From Nostoc sp. PCC 7120 = FACHB-418 (GTDB taxonomy: Bacteria; Cyanobacteriota; Cyanobacteriia; Cyanobacteriales; Nostocaceae): 32,000 nucleotides of DNA. The stretch covers positions 3,270,001-3,302,000 of the forward strand of contig NC_003272.1 in the NCBI RefSeq assembly GCF_000009705.1. Reading direction: 5' to 3'. A program made the position numbers and the translations under genes. Of the stretch, positions 17,574 to 25,748 are shown piece after piece. The notes beneath the pieces were generated by a model that saw nothing but the letters and a program-made list of their open reading frames with translations, did no database searches and was not told where the DNA came from. Within the stretch, counting starts at the first letter, position 1. The number at the start of each line of letters is the position of its first letter.

Positions 17574-18030
17574 ATGATAGGCAAGATACTGCTACACTTT
17601 TTGGATAATGAATTAATCACTTTATTTGGTATCAAACAATCAGGGAAAATTTCTAAAAAAATATATCAAGAACTTCGCTTGTCTACTAGATTAGCCTTCC
17701 TTCTATGTTCAGACAAGGTTGTCATTCCTGCATCAAACTATTTTGAATCACCTTTTGCCAAAAAAATTCTTGATGAACTACAAGAATTTAGCGAATTTGG
17801 TTATCTTGGTCTCATTTCTAGTTCAATGAATGTTTTAGAGTTTGTTGAAAAAAAGAAGGAGCAATATTCAACCGATAGAAATCGTTATCCCATATACTTT
17901 AAATCTCTTGAATCACAGTCTAGTCTTTCTATTTCTGCTACATGGATACCCCGCAATAAAAGTGCTACAGAAGACATTACACAAAACTGGATTACTAATA
18001 TAGATAATAGTAGTATTTGGAAAAAGTTTT
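17574..18030 (+). pseudogene. Hypothetical protein gene whose 3' end is interrupted by the ISL3 element
   Basis: The ORF reads into the ISL3 left inverted repeat, which starts at 18031. The terminal residues WFFR-stop are encoded by the IS. I recognise no family. Confidence 0.4.
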
Positions 18031-19446
18031 GGTTCTTCCGGTAGTTTTATGGTGTTTATTAGAATTGACTTGATTTTAATAACTTATAATTTAGTGATAT
18101 CAATGCCTATAAGATAGATTACATAGGCATTTAGTAAATATCAAGCATAGTTAAAGAACTCTAAAATTATCATCTATATTATAATATAGTAAAGTTTTAG
18201 GCGATCGCTATGAAGTTTCCAGTAGAACAAATCCTGAATCTTCCCGATATGAAAGTATTAGATTTTCAAGAACTTGAAGGTGAAGAAATAATTATAACGA
18301 TAGAAAAAAGTGTGAACTATTCGACTTGTCCTTGGTGCGGTCAAATGACTCACAGTATACATCAAAATCACTGGCGAATAATTCATGATTTACCGTGGAA
18401 TAAAAAACCAGTGTTATTAAAAATAAATCGTCGGCAATTTAAATGTCATAAGTGTAAAAAAGTATTTAGCGAACAACTAGACTTTGTAGATAAAAGTAAA
18501 GGATATACTAAAAGATTAGCGACCGACATAGTTCAACAAGTATTAAATAGTAATATCCGGAGTGTTGCCCAAAGAAATGGATTAAGTGATGAAGAAGTAG
18601 AATCAATGTTAAAAAAGCAAGTCTCGCACATATTAAACATTAACCTAAGTCAGGTAAAAAAGTTAGGTATAGATGAAATAGCTTTAGTTAAAGGAAAAGG
18701 AAACTACTTAGCAATATTAGTGGATTTAGATACTCATAAACCAATTGAGATAGTGCAATCAAGACGAATAGAAGATATTCGTGAAGTACTTGTCAGTTGG
18801 GGAGTTGAGATACTTAATCAAATTGAAGAAGTGAGCATTGACCTCTGGTTGCCTTATAAAAATTTAGTAGAAGAGTTAATGCCAAATGCTAATATAACTG
18901 CTGATAGATTTCATGTAATGAAACAAGTAAATGACGAATTAGATACTATGCGTAAAGCTGAAAATAAAGCAGCTATATCGCTAGATAATAAATCAGAAAA
19001 AGAGCGAATATTAGAGGCATTGAATAAGAGTAAATATGCGATTATTAAAAATGAAGACTCTCTAAATGAAAAGCAAAGAGAAAAATTAAAATCTGTGCAA
19101 GAGGTGTCGCCAAATCTCGCCAAAATGCACTCACTTAAAGAACAATTTCGAGATATATTTGAAACAACTAAATCCTGGGGAGATAGTATAATAAAACTAT
19201 TGGATTGGATGTATGATGCACTTTCATATTTCCCGAAAAGTATAGGTACAATAGTTAGATGGTTTGGTGAAATAGTCGGTTATTTTGACGGAAGAACCAC
19301 AAGTGGTGCTGTAGAAGGAATTAATAATAAACTCAAGTTAATTAAAAGACTTGGATATGGCTTTCGTAACTTTACCAATTTCAGATTACGCAGTTTGTTA
19401 AACTGGCATTTTACTATTAATTCTCCATAAAATTAACTGAAGAACC
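18031..19446 (+). mobile_element. ISL3-family insertion sequence
   Basis: The terminal inverted repeats are GGTTCTTCCGGTAGTTTTATGG (from 18031) and CCATAAAATTAACTGAAGAACC (ending 19446). It has a single 406-aa transposase ORF. I could not identify an 8-bp target duplication. Confidence 0.8.
18210..19430 (+). CDS. ISL3-family transposase
   Basis: An N-terminal zinc-finger pattern CPWCG...CHKCKK is followed by LGIDEIALVKGKGNYLAILVDLD and ITADRFHVMKQVNDELD, which are typical of ISL3 DDE transposases. Confidence 0.85.
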   Translation: MKFPVEQILNLPDMKVLDFQELEGEEIIITIEKSVNYSTCPWCGQMTHSIHQNHWRIIHDLPWNKKPVLLKINRRQFKCHKCKKVFSEQLDFVDKSKGYTKRLATDIVQQVLNSNIRSVAQRNGLSDEEVESMLKKQVSHILNINLSQVKKLGIDEIALVKGKGNYLAILVDLDTHKPIEIVQSRRIEDIREVLVSWGVEILNQIEEVSIDLWLPYKNLVEELMPNANITADRFHVMKQVNDELDTMRKAENKAAISLDNKSEKERILEALNKSKYAIIKNEDSLNEKQREKLKSVQEVSPNLAKMHSLKEQFRDIFETTKSWGDSIIKLLDWMYDALSYFPKSIGTIVRWFGEIVGYFDGRTTSGAVEGINNKLKLIKRLGYGFRNFTNFRLRSLLNWHFTINSP

Positions 19447-19998
19447 AGAAAGATTTAAAGATGTTAAAGTTTGTTTAATACATCAACATCCTCTTGTGCA
19501 AAATTGTCCTTGCTGTCATCGCCAACTACTTTGGTTAGACTGGCAATCCAGTTTAGGCTATTGTTAACACTAGTTAGGAACACATTATACTACTCCAGTA
19601 GTTACTCAGAAAAGATCGATAGTCTGAAAGTTTATATCCCATACCAGCATGAACCGCTTCTGCTCCATGCTCAAAAAACCCACTACTTTCTGTGAAGTGA
19701 TAAAAAAGTTTAACTCAAGCTATTGTAGGGTGGGAATCTGGCCCACCCATGTTATGCAAGGTAAATGTCTAACAGCTTAGGAGCGCACTCACGAAAAAAT
19801 TAGCATCCGGCGTAGCATCTGGCTAAGCCATAGTTTCAAGCACACACAATCAAACGCAAATTTATAGATTTTTAATTTACAATTTTTAGTCAATTAATGC
19901 CTAGCATTTCAACTTATGGTCACTTAATACTTGTTGATAGGTTTTTCTGCTGCGATCGCCATAACTAAAGAATGAACATTTCAAAGTCCATCTTGGTC

Positions 19999-20100
19999 AA
20001 CTATTGGTTGTCACTTTGGACAACTAATGGTTGTTGTCGCAATGTGTAAAGTCACAAACTATTGGTTGTCAGTTTGGACAACTTATGATTGTTGTAGCAA
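19999..20100. repeat. Distal transposon end (RE-like): two 44-bp units with inverted TTGTCCAA cores
   Basis: AACTATTGGTTGTCA(C/G)TTTGGACAACT(A/T)ATG(G/A)TTGTTGT(C/A)GCAA occurs at 19999-20042 and 20057-20100, a 58-bp period with 4 mismatches. Each unit contains TTGGACAA, the reverse complement of the core repeated at 4996-5116. A possible terminus TTGTTGTAGCA ends near 20103. Confidence 0.5.
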
Positions 20101-20180
20101 AAGGTTTGTTCTCAGTATACCTAGCAAGATTCAAGTACGATTTCTATAGTATTTGTAATTCATACTTAAGAATTGACCAA

Positions 20181-22943
20181 TTACCAATTACCATTAACTT
20201 GTTGAATTGGAATTTCAATCCAAAATTCTGTACCTGAACCTAGTTGAGAATCACATTTGAAAACCCCACCATGTCTATCTACTACAATTTTGTAACTAAT
20301 AGACAAACCCAAACCTGTACCCTTACCCACTGGCTTTGTAGTAAAGAATGGATCGCATATTCTGAGTCTCAAATCCTCTGGTATGCCAGGGCCATTATCC
20401 ATAATCCGAATTACTATGCTTTGAATACTGTCTCTAATTTGACCAAAGCTAGTAGAGATGATAATTTCACCATTATGATTTGGCGATTTTGTTTCCTTAC
20501 AATCTTCTAGAGCATCAATGGCGTTACTCAAAACATTCATAAATACTTGATTCATCTGTCCGGCGTAGCATTCTACCAAGGGAATCTCAGCGTATTTTTT
20601 GGTAAGTTTAATCCCCGCAGTTTCCGGCTTGGCCTTCAAGCGGTGTTGCAAAATCAACAAGGTACTATCAATACCCTCATGAATATTTACGGCTTTCATT
20701 TCTGCTTCATCAAGGCGAGAGAAAGTCCGTAAAGACATAACAATTTGGCGGATGCGCTCGACACCAATTTGCATAGAGGAGAGAGTTTTGGGTAAATCTT
20801 TAGCTAAAAACTCTAGATCGATTTCGTCTGCTTGTTCTAGAATTTCTACACTAGGGTTGGGTAATTCTTGCTGATAAAGTTCCAGCATAGTGAGTAAATT
20901 TTGAGCATATTCACTTACATGGCTGAGATTTCCATAAATAAAGTTTACTGGATTATTAATTTCATGGGCTACTCCGGCTACTAATTGACCCAATGAAGAC
21001 ATTTTCTCTGTTTGGATGAGTTGAGTTTGGGTTTGTTGCAAATGGTGCAGCGCTTGAGTTAACTTTTGAGCCTGTTGCTGGGTTTGATTGAGTAGTTCAG
21101 CTTGTTGTAGTGCTATTCCTAGTTGGGCAGCAATTTGAGTCAGGAAGTTAACTTCTGAAGGTTTCCATTGACGGGGGCCAGAATGTTGATAAGTTGCTAG
21201 TAAACCCCACAGTTTTTGACCAACAAAGATAGGAGCCAAGACAAAAGCATAAATTTGAAATTGCTCTAGATTTTCAACATGACATTGAGTAAATCCCACT
21301 TTATAGATGTCATCTACGGCAAAAGTTTCATTGTAGCGATAGCGTCCTCCTTGTGTGTTTTGTAAGTAGGTGTCGTTCCAAACGGTATTAATACTTATTT
21401 TTGATTCATTTGACCAGTGAGGGCTAGTGGCTTCAAAATCACCAACAAATTCGCCACCCCATTCATTATCAAAGCGATATACAGAAACCCGATCCGCTTT
21501 AATTAATTGGCAAGCTTCTTTAGTAGTTATTTGAAAAATAGTGTTAGTATCTAGCGATTCACGAATCTTAGAAATTACACCAAACACTGCTTGTTGTTGT
21601 TCTGATGTATGGCGTAGTTCAAGAGTGCGTTTCTGGACTTGTTTTTCTAAGTTTTCGTTAAAGGCTTGTACTTGTTGATATAGTTCATACTGCTGAATGG
21701 CTGAGGCAAAGTGTTGACCGATTTCTTTTGCTAGTTCAATCTCTTCGCTTGTCCATTCTTGAGCTTGTGACTTTTTGGCATCACGCCATAAATTAAATGA
21801 TACACGAGGAAACATTTGCCTCTGATCCTGATCAATGCGTCCGGCCCAGAGAGTTTCGGTATCTATCTCATTGCGGAAAATACTTAAATAACCTAGTAAC
21901 TGCTGACGATATTCTAGAGGAATGATTAAAATGCCGCGAATTTTAGTTGGTTGAAAAACAGCTTGCAAGCTACGTAACGTGGAATCTTGATAAATATCAG
22001 CGATCGCCCAGATATCATGATGAGATGTGTAGTGTTCCTGCCAGACCCTATACTGTTCAATGAGCGGATAGATAGTTTGTTCTGGGGTGATAGGCTGTTG
22101 TCCACAGGTATAAAGTTGAACGCAGTTACTACCTGGAATTAAACACTCTGCTAAACTCCGAAGAACAACGTGTTGTGACTCAACAGCTTGATTTCTTAAA
22201 CACAGCCTACCACCAACACCAGCAAAAGCCCCAACAGCTGCTTCTAAAGCTGGCTTTAAGACAATGGTGGGTAATGAGTGCAGTAGGGTAATAATGCGGT
22301 TAATGATGGCTTCTTTTTGGGCTTTTTTTCTGGCTTGGGTGAGGAGATGACTTTGGGCGATCGCTACTGCAAGTTGATCTACAATCATCTGCATAGCTTC
22401 CAACTCATCCTCTGAAACCGTCCGGTTTTCGGAATGATGAGATACCAACAGTCCCCACAGTTCATCTTGGCAAAAAATAGGCGCGACTACCGAAGATTTC
22501 ACACCCATTGCTGTTAAGTATTCCACATGACAAGAGTCTACAGGGCGGTAACAAATGTCTTCGGAAATTAATTCCCCCGTTTCTAAGTCATGCACAGGGC
22601 TTTGACCAATCATCCCCGTAGCAACATCAACTATAGAACGTACTTTAGACTTGACCAAAAGTTCCCTGGCTTGGGGTGGAATATCATCAGCCGGAAAATT
22701 CAAGCCCAGCAATGAGGGTAGACGATTTTCATAAATAGACTCAGCAATAACCTGACCGCTTCCATCTGGATGAAATTTATAAATCATCACTCGGTCAGTT
22801 CCCAAGAGAGCGCGCACCTCTGCCGTTGTCGCTGTGATAATATCCTCCAACTCCAAGGATTGACGAATCCGAGCCGTAATACGACGTAGTACACTTTCTT
22901 GATTGAGACTAACCTGAGAATTTGGTTTAGCGGTCGGTGACAT
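20181..22943 (-). CDS. Cyanobacteriochrome/phytochrome-related sensor histidine kinase (GAF-GAF-GAF-HisKA-HATPase_c)
   Basis: The 920-aa product has three GAF domains. GAF1 contains DRVMIYKFHPDGSGQVIAES...DSCHVEYLTAMGV...LWGLLVSHH. GAF3 contains DRVSVYRFDNEWGGEFV...WNDTYLQNTQGGRYR...TQCHVENLEQFQ...LWGLLATYQH. Both carry the canonical Cys-His bilin-attachment motif. The H-box is VAGVAHEINNP and the G-boxes are DNGPGI and GKGTGLGLSIS. Confidence 0.85.
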   Translation of the reverse strand: MSPTAKPNSQVSLNQESVLRRITARIRQSLELEDIITATTAEVRALLGTDRVMIYKFHPDGSGQVIAESIYENRLPSLLGLNFPADDIPPQARELLVKSKVRSIVDVATGMIGQSPVHDLETGELISEDICYRPVDSCHVEYLTAMGVKSSVVAPIFCQDELWGLLVSHHSENRTVSEDELEAMQMIVDQLAVAIAQSHLLTQARKKAQKEAIINRIITLLHSLPTIVLKPALEAAVGAFAGVGGRLCLRNQAVESQHVVLRSLAECLIPGSNCVQLYTCGQQPITPEQTIYPLIEQYRVWQEHYTSHHDIWAIADIYQDSTLRSLQAVFQPTKIRGILIIPLEYRQQLLGYLSIFRNEIDTETLWAGRIDQDQRQMFPRVSFNLWRDAKKSQAQEWTSEEIELAKEIGQHFASAIQQYELYQQVQAFNENLEKQVQKRTLELRHTSEQQQAVFGVISKIRESLDTNTIFQITTKEACQLIKADRVSVYRFDNEWGGEFVGDFEATSPHWSNESKISINTVWNDTYLQNTQGGRYRYNETFAVDDIYKVGFTQCHVENLEQFQIYAFVLAPIFVGQKLWGLLATYQHSGPRQWKPSEVNFLTQIAAQLGIALQQAELLNQTQQQAQKLTQALHHLQQTQTQLIQTEKMSSLGQLVAGVAHEINNPVNFIYGNLSHVSEYAQNLLTMLELYQQELPNPSVEILEQADEIDLEFLAKDLPKTLSSMQIGVERIRQIVMSLRTFSRLDEAEMKAVNIHEGIDSTLLILQHRLKAKPETAGIKLTKKYAEIPLVECYAGQMNQVFMNVLSNAIDALEDCKETKSPNHNGEIIISTSFGQIRDSIQSIVIRIMDNGPGIPEDLRLRICDPFFTTKPVGKGTGLGLSISYKIVVDRHGGVFKCDSQLGSGTEFWIEIPIQQVNGNW

Positions 22944-23184
22944 TGCTTTTCTTTAAATTAAGTTCAGGAAAATCACGATATTCTTAACAAATATAAAAAT
23001 ATTTTTAAATTTTAAATATTACATTGTCTACAGTAAAAGTACGGTCAAAATATCATGAATAAAATCACGGGTTATTTATATAAATATTTATCCTCGGAAA
23101 TTCACATATTTTATTAAGATAAGGCAAAGAAAAAAGCAAATTTAAGCGGAATAAATATATCTTAATTATTTACATACTAATTAG

Positions 23185-23222
23185 AATTAAAAATAGAAAA
23201 GACACGCTTAACATCGTGTCTT
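23185..23222 (-). terminator. Rho-independent terminator downstream of the ArsA-like gene
   Basis: The hairpin AAGACACG-cttaacat-CGTGTCTT spans 23199-23222. On the minus strand it is followed by TTCTATTTTTAATT. It lies about 58 nt after the stop at 23280. Confidence 0.55.
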
Positions 23223-23279
23223 CTTTCAGGCATATTTCAGGATTTATCAGTATTGTGGTTGCTTTTATATCTCAACCAT

Positions 23280-24467
23280 TTAAAGTTTCACGTTATCAGC
23301 AAAACGGATTTTTAAGTAATCATCTTCCATCTTTGCTCCTGATGGTTGCAATGCTGCCAAAGCCTGTGGTAGCACTAAATTGCGGCGATGATTACCAATA
23401 GTGATGTTTAATTCATCTCCAGTTTTACTGAGTTGAACTTGGTTTTTGGGAATCCCAGGTAAATACAATTCTAAACTGTATTGGTTATTTTCTTGCACCA
23501 CTCTGACAGTGGTTTCTTTGTAATATACCTGAGTTGGATCTTCATCTTTATACAGGGTTTCTTTTAAGCGTTCTAAAGCCGCCAGACCACACATTTCCTC
23601 GGAAAAAAGTGGCACTTCCTTCACTGGTAAAGGATGGAAATTTTCATGAATTTCTTGACGGTATTCTTCCTGATTTTGTTTCCAGCGTTGGAAGAATGGA
23701 TCTTGTACTTCCGCAGGGATAATGCGATTAGCCACAACTAAATCTGTGGCAACATTATACAAGCTTAAATATGCGTGAGCGCGTAAGGATTCCTTAATAA
23801 CCATCTTCTCTGGGTTTGTAACAAGACGCACAGAAGTTTGTGTATTATCTGTTAATACTTTTTCCAGAGCTTCAATTTGTTCATAAAACTCATAAGGCGC
23901 ATCCATCACCTCTTTATCTGGCAAGGAAAACCCAGCAATTGGTTTAAATATAGGTTCAACCAATGGACGCAACGCAACTGAGATATTTTGGAATGGTTTG
24001 TAAAAACGCCGCATATACCAGCCGCCCACTTCTGGTAAGCTCAAGAGGCGCAATGCTGTACCAGTAGGTGCAGAGTCGATAATTAATACATCAAAATCAC
24101 CTTCATCATAGTGGCGCTTCATTCTCACTAAGCCAAAAATCTCATCCATGCCTGGTAGGATGGCTAATTCTTCCGCTTGCACTCCATCTAAACCCCTAGC
24201 TTGCAAAACTTGGGTAATGTAGCGCTTCACCGCACCCCAGTTTCCTTCTAGTTCTTGCAGTGCATCTAGTTCTGCACCCCACAAGTTGGGACGGATTTGT
24301 TTTGGTGCATGGCCTAGTTCCATGTCAAAACTGTCTGCTAATGAGTGAGCGGGGTCTGTACTCAAGACCAGTGTCCGATAGCCTAATTCTGCACACCGCA
24401 GCCCAGTTGCAGCAGCCACCGAGGTTTTACCTACGCCGCCTTTCCCTGTCATCAAGATTACTCGCAT
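23280..24467 (-). CDS. ArsA/GET3-family ATPase with a C-terminal HSP20/CS-like domain
   Basis: The 395-aa product has the deviant Walker [10 protein letters not shown], followed by [15 protein letters not shown]. The C-terminal segment [29 protein letters not shown] resembles alpha-crystallin. Confidence 0.9.
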   Translation of the reverse strand: MRVILMTGKGGVGKTSVAAATGLRCAELGYRTLVLSTDPAHSLADSFDMELGHAPKQIRPNLWGAELDALQELEGNWGAVKRYITQVLQARGLDGVQAEELAILPGMDEIFGLVRMKRHYDEGDFDVLIIDSAPTGTALRLLSLPEVGGWYMRRFYKPFQNISVALRPLVEPIFKPIAGFSLPDKEVMDAPYEFYEQIEALEKVLTDNTQTSVRLVTNPEKMVIKESLRAHAYLSLYNVATDLVVANRIIPAEVQDPFFQRWKQNQEEYRQEIHENFHPLPVKEVPLFSEEMCGLAALERLKETLYKDEDPTQVYYKETTVRVVQENNQYSLELYLPGIPKNQVQLSKTGDELNITIGNHRRNLVLPQALAALQPSGAKMEDDYLKIRFADNVKL

Positions 24468-24707
24468 GGATGATTATGCCCTGCCTGAGAATTGTTTACA
24501 TTTATTTACGTTATCTCTATTATCGATGGTTTGCAGGGAATAAGTGCAGTTTGAGTGGGTCTACTGTCAAGAAATCATTGGGTGTTGATGGGTGATGGGT
24601 AATTTAGCTCACGTACAGGCGAGGGGGCGCAGAAAAAGGATTAAGAGTGGGTTGGACTACTATCTTAATTTTTAAGTTACGAATTATTTATTGGCAATCA
24701 AATCTTA

Positions 24708-25094
24708 CTAATTATTTACCTGGAAGAAATGTTGTTTGATGACATCGAAGGGGGAACATTGCCAATAATCAATATGAGAGACAATCAAACCCTTGGAGTT
24801 AAGACCTAGTTCACTCCAACCGGAGATGGAAATACGTGGCTTCCAAGGTACGGGAGTATTCCAACTCAGCGTCCATTCGGTTTTGATTTTGTCTTCTAAA
24901 TGTTGAATATCATGCAAATCCATTTTGATATTTAAAAACCAAGTTTGCATGAAATTAATCATTTGTTTATAACGTGTAATCCCACGAAATTTATTTAGTG
25001 GGTCTTGAAAATAAACGTCTTCTGCATAAATGCTGTAAGTTTGATTCACGGGAAATCGCTGATAGTCTTGCTTAAGAATTTCAATAATTTTCAT
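24708..25094 (-). CDS. Conserved hypothetical protein (DUF2358-like, NTF2/SnoaL-like fold, tentative)
   Basis: The 128-aa ORF has compact spacing with its neighbours. The segment YAEDVYFQDPLNKFRGITRYK recalls the cyanobacterial/plastid DUF2358 family. Confidence 0.5.
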   Translation of the reverse strand: MKIIEILKQDYQRFPVNQTYSIYAEDVYFQDPLNKFRGITRYKQMINFMQTWFLNIKMDLHDIQHLEDKIKTEWTLSWNTPVPWKPRISISGWSELGLNSKGLIVSHIDYWQCSPFDVIKQHFFQVNN

Positions 25095-25119
25095 TCACGC
25101 ATTACCAATTACCAATTAT

Positions 25120-25689
25120 TTAGCTATTTACTTCATTCCACAACCGTTCTAACTGACGCTTCCAAGCTGCTAAAACTTCTTCTCTTGATTCTACAGTTTG
25201 GTTAATTTCTCCTAATAATCCTTCGGCGTAAAACCGTTCTAGGTTCTGCATTGTGGCTTCCAGAGATTGTCCTTGCTGTTTTGCGGCTTGCACAATTTGC
25301 CGGATGCGACTTTCAATCAGACGATTGAAGACATCATTTAAACCAGCTTCATATAAGGAAATCAGTCTAGCGATCGCACTACTCAAGTCATCTTTGGTCA
25401 AAGTACTGCTATTGTGTTGATAGACTGCCCATACCACGCCATCATACAAGGCGTAGCGGACTTCTTGAGTATCATCAAAGTTGGCTTCCAAAAACTGTGC
25501 TAAGAATGCTTGAGCTTCTTGCAATGGCACAATTGGTAGTAAAACTCGCAACCAACTGCTATCTTCCGACAGCAACACCAACAGTCTAAATGTAGATGTG
25601 TCTACTTGCCACGATCCAGGTGCGATCGCTTGTACATCTGCTGTACTAAATAATTCTGCCAGAGTTTGGGCAATTACTTCAGGTGTCAT
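25120..25689 (-). CDS. Conserved hypothetical protein
   Basis: The 189-aa ORF has native-like composition and contains HIP1 sites. I could not assign a family with confidence. Confidence 0.5.
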   Translation of the reverse strand: MTPEVIAQTLAELFSTADVQAIAPGSWQVDTSTFRLLVLLSEDSSWLRVLLPIVPLQEAQAFLAQFLEANFDDTQEVRYALYDGVVWAVYQHNSSTLTKDDLSSAIARLISLYEAGLNDVFNRLIESRIRQIVQAAKQQGQSLEATMQNLERFYAEGLLGEINQTVESREEVLAAWKRQLERLWNEVNS

Positions 25690-25748
25690 GGTCTTTTTTT
25701 GAGCTTTAGCCTCTAGCGTACCGCTTTCGCGTACAGAGGCGCATCAGT

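Larger units (their letters stand above)
4959..20103. mobile_element. Decayed type V-K CRISPR-associated transposon (Tn7-like CAST) island lacking tnsB/tnsC/tniQ and a CRISPR array; the distal boundary is approximate
   Basis: A TGTACA terminus lies 2 bp after the tRNA. Direct repeats with core TTGTCCAA sit at 4980-5116, and inverted TTGGACAA copies sit at 20016-20023 and 20074-20081. cas12k and a tracrRNA-like sequence lie inside, with defence-type cargo and three IS families. Core genes flank both sides. Confidence 0.65.

Noticed and set aside
18023-19472. AAAGTTT at 18023-18029 and 19466-19472 was considered as the ISL3 target duplication, which would end the interrupted gene as ...WKKFV-stop.
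   Set aside because: It would place about 19 bp of non-inverted-repeat sequence inside the right IS end. It is also only 7 bp of AT-rich sequence, so it is not distinguishable from chance.
19650-19657. GAACCGCT, inside CATGAACCGCTTCTGC, is an 8-nt match to the complement of the tRNA T-arm.
   Set aside because: An 8-mer match is expected by chance many times in 15 kb on two strands.
19728-19748. The hairpin GGGTGGG-aatctgg-CCCACCC was considered as a V-K repeat stem or a terminator.
   Set aside because: V-K repeats have a C-rich arm before the G-rich arm, followed by TTGAAAG. Here the polarity is the opposite on both strands. No U-tract follows on either strand.
19774-19791. AGCTTAGGAGCGCACTCA loosely resembles a tRNA D-arm and the tRNA-Ala segment AGCTCAGTTGGTAGAGCACTTCA. 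It was considered as a homing spacer or tRNA remnant.
   Set aside because: The alignment needs several indels. There is no contiguous match of 12 nt or more, no adjacent repeat-like sequence and no cloverleaf.
19834-19984. TTTCAA recurs at 19834, 19907 and 19979, a spacing of about 72-73 bp close to a V-K CRISPR repeat-plus-spacer period and just inside the distal end.
   Set aside because: Apart from the hexamer, the three units share no extended repeat. There is no 30-37 nt conserved unit and no ...GTTGAAAG repeat terminus. I treat it as chance in AT-rich DNA.
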